This document shows positions 36,206-49,100 of a stretch of 64,000 nt of DNA, in pieces; position 1 is the first letter of the stretch; each line of letters begins with the position of its first letter. Position numbers and translations under genes: made by a program. A model generated the notes under the pieces. The model saw nothing but the letters and a program-made list of their open reading frames with translations. It had not been told where the DNA came from and did no database searches. The DNA is from Azolla caroliniana (lineage: Eukaryota > Plantae > Polypodiophyta), in assembly GCA_043228905.1 (NCBI GenBank), contig JBHGNT010000002.1:9920001-9984000 (forward strand). Direction: 5' to 3'.

Positions 36206-37419
36206 TGTCTACCGGAATAGTAACCGATGGACAGAAGCGCAGGAATATTAGAATATAGTAAAAGCGTAAGAAACACATGTAACGGTTCATGCAGAAAGTG
36301 TGAATGGCTAAAAGACCCTTGGTATATAAAGGTCAAAAATCCTCTGTAAGAGGTAGCGTGTAATTTTGGATGCATAGAGCGTTATTCTAATAGAATACTA
36401 TCTTCTCTGATTTCTGTGCATAAGTGTGGTTTTATCTATTGTGTTCTTTGTTCTGAGTGGCAGACTGTAATCGTAAAGGTGTAGGCATAAGAAGTGCGGA
36501 TACTAAGCGCACTTCCTAAGGAGTTCGGTTGTAGCCGTTGTCGTAGTGTAATTCACACACTATGTGAAAAATTACATTTTGGTCTCTCCGGATAGGGCAT
36601 GGAGTACCTGGTGAGAACCGGAAGAAGGAACCGGTAAGGAGACCTGGCAAGAGCCGGATGAAGAAGGCCGGTGAGAGTCGGTGAGAAATGGACAAAGAGA
36701 TCGGTAAGGAGGTCCCGGTAAGAACCGGACAAAGAAAACTAGCAAGCACCGGATGAAGCAGAACCGGAAAGAGCCGGTGAGAGTCTCTCATCGGATGAAG
36801 AGTCATATTTGTAAATAGAAGAAAGCATAAAATTATATATTACATGCATAGGGCAAGAATCGAACCTTGCACCTCCATGTTAATAATGTTAAGCCTTATC
36901 ATTATACTAGCGTATTATGAATTTTAAAGTTATACTAAACTTTATCCCATGTAAAATTTCTAGACATGCATGGTACAAAAAGTTATTCATGCATAGACAC
37001 TCGAGTTGAAAGAAAAGATGAGATAGAAAGCTAATCATGCACATGTAGTGTGCATGAAAACTAAAGATAGGAAAAGCATGATGCTTGCATGTGATAAACT
37101 TAGACTCTTCCAACACTATATAAGGAAGAGAGAAAGATGTATAAAGGTTGTTGATTATTTTACAAGGATTTTTATCAATCTAATATATTCGTGGGATTCA
37201 CGATTTTTTTTCCATCTATTTCTCTCTTACATTCTAAGTATCAATTAATACACTATACTCGTGGGATTCACGAGGTTCATATCTTCTTTCAAATATTTCT
37301 CTTTCTTGCAATCGATTCATAAGGAGCCTTATCTCATATTCTTCTTTCTCCTAGTCCAAAATCTCAGCGGTTCCCACCCGACTCACACAACGATCCGGAG
37401 CCGAAAGGCACGACACAAG

Positions 37420-37437
37420 TGGTGAACCCGACGTGAA
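37420..37437 (+). promoter_or_regulatory. Element C PBS (tRNA-Trp)
   Basis: TGGTGAACCCGACGTGAA, complement of plant tRNA-Trp 3' end ..TTCACGTCGGGTTCA-CCA (from memory); identical copy at 55239-55256. Confidence 0.85.
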
Positions 37438-37453
37438 CACGGGTGGCAAGGAG

Positions 37454-40400
37454 ATGGAAAATCAACCAGAGGCTAACAACATGATGATGATGTTCGAGCG
37501 GATGCTTCAGGAACAACGTGCAATGTCGGAGATAGCAGCGGCAGTAGAGCGGCTCGTGCAACGGATCAGGCAATTCAACGGAAAGGACGTATCACGCTAT
37601 CTTTAGGACTACAAGGCGGAAATGCTACGGTGCGGGATTTCGGAAGGACTGCAAGTGGCATCCTTCAACCGGGTGGCTACCGACGGGCTTCAAGCAAGTA
37701 TCCACGGGCTACGACAACAAAATCCGACGTGGGAAGCGTTTGAAGAGGCGCTAAAGACCACGTTCGCTATCGAGGACTCCTCCAAGGCAACGCGGAGAGG
37801 ATTCGAGGATTGGGTAGAAACGCCGGACAAGGGGATGAAGGTCCTCGATGTGTTTTCTGCATTCGAAAGTCGGTTCGGGAGGTTGTCTGCGAGAGATCAA
37901 GCTATCCTCGCACCGGACAAAGTTATCATGTTCTTACGAGCCGTAGACGTCCGGGACCCGAAGGATCTTGGAGTGCTTCTAGAGGACATGAATACCGAGA
38001 GTGGCCTCACCGAAACATGGGAAAGCGTGTGGGATATCGTCGCGTGATACACAAAGAGGGGGCAATGGCTTGCCAACGAAGAAAAGAGGGTTTCAGAACC
38101 GATTCCGAAACCGAGATCCGGATCGGAAGACCATCAACCGCGGGCTCCGGAAGCTACAACTGGGAAGGGAATCGACGCAACTACGGTGGAGCAGTTGCTG
38201 AAGGAGATGGAGAATCTAAAAATCGCGATGGTGAAGAAGTCGGATGACCGTCCCACAAGTTCCAAGTATATGGACCGTCGATGCATATGGTGCGATAGCA
38301 CCGAACATGATCGGAGGGATTGCGACAAGCACAAGGAAGCGCTACGACAGGATCTTATCTACTACGAGGGAAATCGGATTCATTCGATGGACTCTCGGAA
38401 GCCGCTCCGACCGAACTTCCGAAAAGGCGGCATGAAGAAGGTCCTAGAGGAGGAAATAGCGGCGAAGAGTAGTTACGTGACAACCGTGGGAATACGTGTC
38501 GGGGAGTCATCGGGAGCAAAGGTGTCTTTTTGGCCGGAAGTGCTAGAAAACACCGAGAAAACCGACTCTAACGAGATCCGAAGCACCGCGGAAGGCATCC
38601 GGGAAGCTACGGGATGGGAGTGCCCCGTCGATAAGAATAGCATGTTTGCTTTATGCCAATTGCATGAAGTATATGTATATGAGAAGCAACGACGCATGGA
38701 TGAGGTGGCCGGTCCATCGAAGACACTGGAAAGTTGGAACTCCGGAGGTAAGGGAAAAGAAAAGATGATTCGGGCATTCAAGCTCGCCTCAGACATCGAA
38801 CAACAAACGGACTTGAAAAAGGTGTTCGAGGAGAGAATCCTCGATAGCCGGGTAGATTTTTCGCTTTGAGAATTACTCAGAATAGTGAAGAAGGAGTTCC
38901 ACAATCTTCTTGTGGATCTCGTGAAGAGAAAAAGGCAAAGTACGGAGGAGAACACTCCAAGGGTGAATGCAAATACCGTTCTAATGAATGACACCGAATT
39001 GGAGGAAGAAATACCAAATTCTCACTACACAAAGCCACACTGGGCACGCGCAACTACGGAGACTCCGGTCCGAATCGGTAACATCAAAGAACCCGTGCTA
39101 GCATTGATTGATCACGGATCGGAGATCAACTTGATGTCCAAGGAATTCTACCAGAAGGGTAAGTGGCCTATTAACACGAATCATGGGTGGAAGATCCGGG
39201 CGGCCACTAAAGCAACGGAAGATCTATTTGCGGCTTGTCCGGGTGTGACGGTGAAGATCGGGAATGTCGAGATCGACCAAAATTTCTTCGTACAAGATGA
39301 GGTCTCACACTCCGTGATCCTCGGGCAACCTTTTATCACGGCATCACGGATGGAGACGAAGGTGCTCGATAGTGGTGCGGCTTTTGCGCGAATTCGGAGC
39401 CAAAACGAAGGGAAATCCGTCCAATTCCTAACTGTGCCGGCAAATCATGAAAGGAACAAGAGAGAGCTCTTGTCCCAAACAAGAATGGATTTTTAGAGCG
39501 GACTGTTGCGGAGTGGGGAAGTGATAGTCTTAGAAGCCTTGATACCCCACACAGGAAGAAACCTCTCGATGCAAAACAAGTACGAATTGGTCCGGATGGG
39601 GCATCCACGTACACGGCCGTAACCAGAGGAATGAAGAAAGAATACCGAAAAGTGGAGGATAAGTTACGGTCGGCATCAATAATAAAAGAAGACGAAGAAA
39701 TCGTGGGAATAGTCGAAGAAATGTTCTATGGGAGCACACTACAACGGCTTGAAGAGCTCGCGGAAGATACAAGCCAAGGAAACCGGGTAATTCTGGTGGA
39801 GTCGGTCGAGATGTACGAGATCATTGTGAAAATGGGGCCGGATGCGCTCCGCAAAGAAGCAATGGTAAGTACGAAATAGAAGACCATGGAGAAGAAAGTG
39901 AAACCGGCCGCGGGACCGTTACCCGCAGATAGCGAACAAAAGAGGAAAGAAGTCTCGGGGGATCCGACACTTCGGAAGTCCATGGATATCAGACATGCCT
40001 TCACGGATGAGACCCAGAAGAAACTTCGGATTGGTGGAGGTGGGTTCCTATTAAAGAATGAAGAAGAACGATTCCATGGGATGCTAGAGCAACATGGGAG
40101 AGCATTTGCATTTACATCGAAAGAAATAGGATGTGTTGACCCGAAGATAGTGGAGCCGATGGTGATCTTCACGATTGACCATGTGCCGTGGAACCTGAAG
40201 CCGATTCCGGTGCCACGGGCGCATATTTCGAAAATCATCGACTTGCTCAAGGAGAAGGTGGCGATGGGGATTCTAGAGCCATCAAATGCTCCGTACTCAA
40301 ATTGATGGTTTACGGTTCTGAAGAAGAATGGGTCACTCCGATTTATTCAAGATTTGCAACCGGTGAACAAGGTCACGATCCGGAACTCCGGAGTCGGTCT

Positions 40401-43026
40401 GATAGTGGACGAATTTGCGGAAACATTTGCCGGTCGCGCGATATACTCCATCAGAGACCTATACTCCGAATATGACCAATTCCAACTAGCTATGAAGAGC
40501 CGAGACATCACTACCATGTGGACACCGATAGGATTAGTCCGGATGTGTACGCTACCACAAGGCGCGACGAACTCAGTCGCACATATGATGAATGCGATGA
40601 ACAAGGTGCTCCAGGATTGCATACCGGAGATAATGATGCCATTCCTAGATGACATTCCGATAAAAGGGTGTGCGGTGGAAGAAAAAGATGAAGCTATGGA
40701 TGAATGGGGATGCCGAAGGTTTGTAGTCAATCATATCCGTGATTGTGAGAAAGTGTTACGGAAGTTAGAAGATGTGCATCTAACACTTTCCGGAGAGAAA
40801 TCGGCATTCAGACAAGAAGAAATATTGGTAGTCGGACATCTATGTGGGCCCTACGGCCGAAGACCGTCACCAACCAAGATCGATGCGATTCAAGCTATGA
40901 AAGAAGTATGCGAGTCACAATCCGAAGTTCCAAGGTTTCTTGGAGCATGTGCATTCTACCACATATGGATTCCGCACTATGCACATATAGCGGACCCACT
41001 CTATCACTTGTTGTAGAAGGGTAAGAAGTTTGAATGGAAACCGGAGCATACCAAAGCCGTGAAGAAGCTCAAGAAATCACTACGGAGGGCAGAAGCACTA
41101 AAGAAGCCGAGCTATGACCAACTGATCATAGTAACGGTTGACACAAGTCCAACCGGAATTGGATGGGTCATCAATCAAGCCGATCCGGAAGGTTCGCGAT
41201 ATCCGATCCGATTCGGAGCAAAGGTTCTCAACGAAAGGCAATCCGGATATGCACAAGTTCAAAGAGAATTATGGGGAGTCGTGTCGGCAATCAAATCGGA
41301 TTGAGATTATTTGATCGGAGCCGAAGTAGTGATCGAAACGGATTGTCTTCCGATACTCGGGATGATGCGGTGTTGCACGATACCGGATGTGGCTATGCTA
41401 AGATGGATTGCATATGTTAAGTCACTTAATCCGGAGGTAAGACACATCTCCGGAAAAGACAACGCTGTAGCGGATATGCTATCAAGGGCGCGGTTCGGAG
41501 ATGACATAACCGAATCCGATAATGAAGATGTTTTCGAAGACTACTTTGCTTCGGAGCACATATGCCGGGTGGACGCAATCCAAGAATTCTGGGAAGAAGA
41601 ATACGAGGGAGAAAGCTTGTTGATCAGGAAAATGCTACGAGAAATCGAGGAATCATCGGACAATAAAGAGAAGAGAGCCGAGATCCAAAGTAAGAAACGG
41701 CAAGTCCGAAAGTTCTTCTTGAAAAATGGATTTTTATGGAGGGAGCCGAAAAGACCGGGTGGCATACCACTTCGAGTAGTCGGGACAAAAGAGCAATGAA
41801 ACCAGGTAATGCTAGAATTTCACGAATCTGATTGGGCTGGACATCGGGGAACATGGGCAACATTTGGGAAGATCAAGCAAAGATATTGGTGGAAGAATAT
41901 GTACAAAGATGTCGCGGAGTTCACGAAAAGCTGCGAGAAGTGTCAAATCTACTCCGGAGTTCGACACCGAGATGAGTTACATCCGACATTCTCACCGACA
42001 ATCAACTTCAAATGGATGGTCGACATTGTAGCCATGCCAACCGGGATCGGACAAAAGAAGTACTTGGTGTTAGCTCGGGAAGATCTCACAAATCAAGTAG
42101 AAGGTCGGGCGCTACGAAGAAAAACGTGTTTTGCGGTATGTCAATTTCTTTTGGAAGAAGTGTTTTGCAGGTACGGGTGCGTAGGACAAGTGATTGCGGA
42201 TCGGGGAGAACTTGACTCTGATAAAGCTAGGGGATTCTTCGCCAAACATGGAGTTCAGTTAACACTAACAACGGCATACAATCCGGAAGCCAACGGGAAG
42301 GTCGAGCGAGGACATAGTCTGATCGTCAAAGCACTTGCCAAAGCATGTGACGGAAGGGTGAAGGATTGGCCGCAGTTGCTTCCGTATGCACTATGGGCGG
42401 ATCGGACGATGCATAGCTCCGTAACCGGTTACATGCCGTCAGAACTCATGACCGGACAAGCACCGGTAATGCCGACGGAAACCGCAATCGCGACATGGAC
42501 AATGCTACCATGGAAGGAAGAGATGAGCTGGGAAGAATTACTAGCGGTTCGGATACAACAATTGGGGGGAAGACTGGAAGACATAGCGGAAGCAATATGC
42601 CGACAACAAGAAGCGCGATTCCGGAATAAAAGCCGGTTCGACACAAAGCACCGACTACGACCGCGGAAGATTGAAGAAGGAGATTGGGTGATTGTCTATG
42701 ACAATAGTTTGGATCATCAACATACAACGATGCGGAAGTTCGCGAAAAGGTGGTTCGGGCCATATGAGGTTCAGAAAGTTTTCGACAACGGAACTTACCG
42801 ACTATGCGAGTTGGATGGAACAATGCTACGAGTGCCTATAGCCGGGAAACGGGTGAAGATTTTCAAGAAGCGGACTGATGAAGAACCCTATGTGATCCTA
42901 GACAAGACCGACCAGAAGGAGCAATCAGACGAAGATCGCGGTGATGCGGAAAGCGAAGAAAGTGGATTAGAACTCATAGTTGACTTAAGGGGAGAATCGG
43001 AGGAAGCTTCGGATGAAGGTGAATAG
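37454..43026 (+). pseudogene. Element C gag-protease (to 39496) and -1 frame pol (RT, RNase H, integrase), multiple stops
   Basis: CIWCDSTEHDRRDC; ALIDHGSEIN; FIQDLQPVN..LPQGATNSV..FLDDI; VTVDTSPTGIGW; integrase WMVDIVAM..ADRGEL..NGKVERGH..GPY. Confidence 0.9.
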
Positions 43027-44133
43027 CAAGCATCGGGGACTTCGGCACATACCGGAGGATGTGCGGGTTAGGAGGGGGTGAGTGTCGTAGTGTAATTCGC
43101 ACACTATGTGAAAAATTACATTTTGGTCTCTCTGGATAGGACATGGAGTACTCGGTGAGAACCAGAAGAAGGAACTGGTAAGGACCGAAACCGGTAAGGA
43201 GACCCGACAAGAGCCGGATGAAGAAGGCTGGTGAGAGTCGGTGAGAAACGGACAAAGAGATCAGTAAGGAGGTCCCGGTAAGAACCAGACAAAGAAAACT
43301 AGCAAGCACCGGATGAAGCAGAACCGGAAAGAGCTGGATGAAGAAGGCCGGTGAGAGTCTCTCACCAGATGAAGAGACATATTTGTAAATAGAAGAAAGC
43401 ATAAAATTATATATTACATGCATGGGGCAAGAATCGAACCTTGCACCTCCATGTTAATAATGTTAAGCCTTATCATTATACTAGCGTATTATGAATTTTA
43501 AAGTTATACTAAACTTTATCCCATGTAAAATTTCTAGACATGCATGGTACAAAAAGTTATTCATGCATAGACACTCGAGTTAAAAGAAAAGATGAGATAG
43601 AAAGCTAATCATGCACATGTAGTGTGCATGAAAACTAAAGATAGGAAAAGCATGATGCTTGCATGTGATAAACTTAGACTCTTCCAACACTATATAAGGA
43701 AGAGAGAAAGATGTATAGAGATTGTTGATTAATTTACAAGGGTTTTTATCAATCTAATATATTCGTGGGATTCACGATTTTTTTTCCATCTATTTCTCTC
43801 TTACATTCTAAGTATCAATTAATACACTATACTCGTGGGATTCACGAGGTTCATATCTTCTTTCAAATATTTCTCTTTCTTGCAATCGATTCATAAGGAG
43901 CCTTATCTCATATTCTTCTTTCTCCCTGTGCAAAACCTCGGCGGTTCCCACCTGACTCACACAACGATCCGGAGCCGAAAGGCATGACACCGTCTCCCTT
44001 ACACGCTACTAGGATACGGGGAAGTATCCCATTACGTATTACAGTGCGATGGTACCATTCCTTGTAGCGCAGTCACCTTGAGGTCTAGGTCGAAGGACTG
44101 ACCATAGACAATGTTCCTAATTGGTAACACGTT

Positions 44134-44147
44134 TGGCACGCCTGGTG
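44134..44147 (+). promoter_or_regulatory. Element B PBS (tRNA-Arg UCU/CCU-type)
   Basis: TGGCACGCCTGGTG; 13/14 complementary to the 3' end + CCA of the tRNA at 3919-3991. Confidence 0.85.
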
Positions 44148-45139
44148 ATCTGTGTCTTCTCGCAGACGAACAACAACGAATGGATGTTTAGCCGTAGACG
44201 TCCCAGAGAACCAACACGGCATGACCGACCAGTCACAAGGTCCATCACATGCCAGGAAGAGGAATGAGCAAGGCAAAAACCTCACCTCAGTGATATTTGT
44301 CAGGACCATAAAATCGCCTTCTCGCTCACCAAATACCCCGACGAGACGTAGGAAGTTCCGTCACCACACAAGTACAGTCGTATTCCCCTACCTGCCGTAG
44401 CATCCAGCATGGCCTTCTCCTATCCCCGCTTCAACGGCGAAACAGACGCCGCAACCCACATTCGCCTATTCTTGAATGTCTAGATTGCGAATGACATTGT
44501 GTAGAGACGTCCAGAAGAGGTAGCGCACCAGTCCAAAATGACAGAGTTTGGATTAACGCTGGATGGTAGAGCTGCATTTTGGCATTCGCAGATGGATCTG
44601 CCAGCAATCACGACCTTCGACCAGCTGTAGTTGGCCTTTCTACGGTTTTTTCATCGAAGGGCGCCGCAACGCGTAATCCTCGGGCAATTCTATACAATCA
44701 AACAGTTGCCAGCCGAGACTGTCGCGGATTTCAGTTTACGTTGTTGGGTGGTTTTTCACACACGATATGAAAACTAGTAAAACAATTATTTAAGCTTAGC
44801 TTAATGTATTCATATAGATAAATGTCGTGTGTTTTTTTCACACACGATATGAAAACTAGTAAAACAATTATTTAAGATTATCTTAATGTATTCATATAGA
44901 TAGATGTCTTTAAGAGCTTCATTGCGTATTTTACTACGCATGAAACGGATAAACAAGTATCAAGTTATGTGAGTGTGAAGTTTGAAGAAGAAGAAAGAAA
45001 AGACAAAATTGTGAGATATCTCACATAGATAGGACAACATTGGAACCCAAGATATATAAGGGAAACCAAAACATATTCATTCTATAAATGTGTGGAGCAC
45101 AAAATGTTCAAGGTGACTTGTGCTACACTGTCTGGTGTG

Positions 45140-45815
45140 CACGGCTATGTTAATGCGCGTATGCCCGAATGCACGACCGTGTTAACGCTTCGGGCGTACG
45201 CGCGTATGCATGACCGTGTTAACGCTTTGGGTGTATGCGCGTATGCACGACCGTGTTAACGCTTTGGGTGTACGCACGTGTGCATGGCTGCGTGGACATT
45301 TTCGGATGTACGTGCGTGTGCAAGTTTCGGGTGTACGTGCGTGTGCACGGCCGTGTAAATGTTTCAGGCGTACACACGTGTGCATGGCCGCGTGGATGTT
45401 TTCGGATGTACGTGTGTGTGCAAGTTTCGGGCGTACGCGTGCACAGATGCGCGGATGCGTACATGGCACGGTCGGGACTTTTGCGCGCGGACGTGTGGAC
45501 GTTTTAGACGGATGCGTGTGTGCGGACGAGCGCGCGTATGCATACACGGCGTGGTCGGGACGTGCGCATGCGTGGATGCGTACACTGCGCGATCAGGACT
45601 TTTGCGCGAGGACGCGTCTATGGTTTGGTTGCGACGCACGTATGAATTGCGCACGGGCTAAACTTTATAGATGATTGGGTCATTTGGCCAAATTATACAG
45701 ACGGTCGCATGCAACTAAAAGCCAAGGCTATGCAACTAAAAGTCAAAGTCATGCAACTAAAAATGGAAGCATGCAACTAAAAATAGAGGCCATGCAACTA
45801 AAAGTGGACATGCAA
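45140..45815. repeat. CG-rich GTGTACGC/CCGTGTTAACGC subrepeats and 21-bp ATGCAACTAAAA array in D's U3 (shorter version at 52000-52470)
   Basis: Directly visible in both LTRs. Confidence 0.8.
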
Positions 45816-46130
45816 AGTAACATTGGGAAGGAGGATCAACAAAGAGCTAAATATATGTTCCATTTTTTTCCCTCTACTTTTTTTTTCGCTCTTCCTTCTT
45901 CTTCTTCTCTCTCCCATTTCCTTGGGGAACAAATTATCTCTCAGATTGATATCAAACTCTTAGCTTGGCTTGCTCAATCTTTCCTGTCAAAAATTATCTC
46001 TCATATTCATATTGGACCACTCCTTACAGGGTTGTTGGCTCCTTTCTTTAAAAAAATTTATCTCTCATTTTCATCTCCAACCCATTGTAACAAGATTCTT
46101 GAATTATAAAAGAATCTATTTTTCTTGCTA

Positions 46131-49100
46131 CCTATCAGAATGAGATGCAACAAAGGGATGTCAATGATGTCAAACAAATTTCTAGCTTCAAACGTGTGGT
46201 GGAACCAGGGATCTGCGAGTGCGTCATGGAGATTCAAAACGAGCATGCAACTTGGGCGGAATTCGAAAAGGTGCTTCTCGCTGAATACATGCTTGAAGAC
46301 GCATCACGGATGACTCAACATATGCTAATGTCTTGGATTGAGAAGAAAGGGAAGAATATGTGTGCATTTGGAGTTTATGCCGAATTCGACCAAAAGTATA
46401 ACCGACTTCCGAGTGTTGATCAACGAGTTCTCGATGGAGATAAAGTTCTACTATTCCTGAAGGCAGTTGATGCGAAAGATCGACGTGAATTGGGTAACTT
46501 TTTGGAGGATGAAACACAAGCAAATGGGTTGGTAGCGGACTGGGCGGAGGTGAAGAAGGCTTATAGCTGTCTTGAAAAGCGTCGACAATGGCAAGAGGAA
46601 ACTGATATGGAGAATCCACAATCGTGGAGGAGGAAGGCACCTGTGACGATCGAGTCTAACAAGCCGATCAACAATTTCGACAAGAAAGCGATGGAGGAAT
46701 CTATAATCGAAGAGCTCTCCAAGAAGTTTGAAGCGGTATCGCTGGCCAACTTAGGTCGATGTGGGCCGAAGGGAAAAGAAGCGTATAGATGTGTGTGGTG
46801 CGACATCTTCGAGCACTCGCGAAGGGAGTGCACTAACTTGCAAGACGCGATTTGCAAGAATGTTGTCTATTTGGATGGCAACATGATCCACTCGAGCGAG
46901 ACCCGAAAGCCACTACAAGTGAACTTCGGAAGAGGCGGGCTGAAAAAGATCGTGGAAGAGGAAGATGCAAGGCATGTGGAAGCCATGCACTATGCTGCAT
47001 CGGCGAGAATATGAGTCGGAAGAGAGAATCTAAAGATGATCAAGCCAGGAGTTGGGGTTTTGGCCAACGGTATTCGAGTGTGAAAAGAAAGGAAAAATAG
47101 ATTTGGAGGATCTAAAACATGCTGATCAAAATGTGCGACGAGTTACCAGATGGTCGGATCTAGTCGACGATAACACAAGCTTTGCGGAGGTTGTGTGTGA
47201 CAACTATGAAGCTCTTGTTGAAGAGAAGAGGAAAAGAACCGGTGAAGAAGATGGCACATCAAAGCGTCACAATACGAGGAATGTAGGGAAAGAAGGTCAA
47301 GCCCAACCTACGCCACGAAAAGAGATAGGAGAAACAAGCATGAAGCCTGGTGGATCGAGCCAACCTTCTCGGATGGAAGTTGATGAATCTATGAAGAAAG
47401 GAAAGGAACGAGCGGTGCCGACTTACAAGCTAAGGTCGGACATAGAACAAACAACCGACTTGTGGAAGGTCCTTGAGGAGAAGGTTTTAGACAGTCATGT
47501 CGACCTTACTTTGAGAGAGCTACTTGGGATCGCTAAGAAGGAGTTCCATGATACTATCGTGGACTTCATTAAGCAGAAGCGGCAACAATTGGATGAAGAA
47601 GAGGTGAAAACAAGTGCCATAACCATGGCAAGATCCGAAGAGGAGGAGGAAGAAGAAGTGATGGCGGACAACCATTACTCTCGGCCTCATTGGGCAAGAG
47701 CGACAACGGAGACACCGGTGAAGATCGGAGAGAAGAAGGAGACCGTGGTAGCCTTGGTTGACCATGGTTCGGAGATCAACCTCATGTCGACTGAATTCTA
47801 CAAGAAAGGAAGATGGCCAATCAACACAAACCACGGATGGAAGATACGAGCAGCAACGAAGGCCACGAAGACCTGTATGGAGCTTGCTCCAATGTTAAAG
47901 TCACGATTGGAGATGTGGAGATGGATCAACACTTCTTCATGCAAGACTCGGCTTCACATCCCATCATCCTAGGACAACCATATATCACATCGTCTCGGAT
48001 CGAGACTAAGGTGTTCAATAATGGAGCAGCCTTCGCGCGAGTCAAGAGTCTTGACAATAAAAAATCTGTTCAATTCCTTACGGTGCGGGCTAATCACGAA
48101 AGGAACCGAGATAGCCTTGGAGGCGAATCCTCGGATTTTTAGAACAGACTATTGAAGCGTGGGGCACAAATAGTCCGAGCAATCATAAGTCCCCACAAGG
48201 AAGCAAAATAAGTGGATCGCAAGGAGAAGCAACATGTGTGACACCTAGTGGCGCATGTAAACTAACACTACTCAACAAGAAGGACAAGCGTCGGATATAA
48301 GACTTCGAGAAGATGCTGAAAGAAGAAAGCATAATCAAAGAAGAAGAATTCGTGTCTCATATTCTAGAGGAAGCCTCATTTAACGACACCATCAGCAAAA
48401 TCGAGGAAGTCGTGGACTTCAGCTACCCTCATGATCAACATGTGATTTTGGTTAACTCCGTCAACATGTACGCTATCATCGGTGAATATCATCGAGGCAT
48501 CTTGATGGAGGAAGCTGAAGTCAACACAAAATATAAAACGGTGGATAAGAAGATCAAGCCAGTTGCGGTTCCGCTATTGGAAGATAGCTGGTAGAAGATG
48601 AAGGAAGTTGCTAATGATCCAAGCTTAAGGGATCCAAAGGCAATAGTTCATGTCTTCACCAAAGAGACGAAAGGGAAGCTACAAGTTGGAAGGGAAGATT
48701 TCCTTCTCCCTGAAGAGGAGAGAATGTTCCACGGAATGCTTGAGAGACATGGGAAAGCCTTTGTCTTCTCTCCACAAGAGATCAGATGTGCCGACCCAAA
48801 GATAATAGAGCCGATGGTGATTTTTATGGTGCCGCATGTACCTTGGAACCTCAAGCCGATACTGGTTCCAAGAGCTCACATTCTGAAGTTGATTGAGCAT
48901 CTAGAAGAAAAGGTTAGGATGGGAATACTTGAGCCGTCCAATGCTCCCTACTCCAATAGATGGTTTACGGTGCCAAAGAAGAACGGGTCCTTACACTTTA
49001 TTCAAGATCTCCAACCTGTCAACAAGGTGACAATCCGAAATGCCAGAATTGGTCCAAGTGTGGATGAATTTGCCAAAGCCTTCGCGGGAAGATAGATCTA

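Larger units (their letters stand above)
36539..43989 (+). mobile_element. Element C: full-length fungal/Ylt1-like Ty3/Gypsy inserted in B's 5' LTR
   Basis: LTRs 36539-37415 and 43083-43989 (TGTCG..YGACA), TSD CCGT/CCGT, PBS 37420-37437, PPT GGAGGGGGTGAG. Confidence 0.94.

Noticed and set aside
45182-45674. Overlapping ORFs in several frames
   Set aside because: CG-rich LTR subrepeats lacking stop codons.
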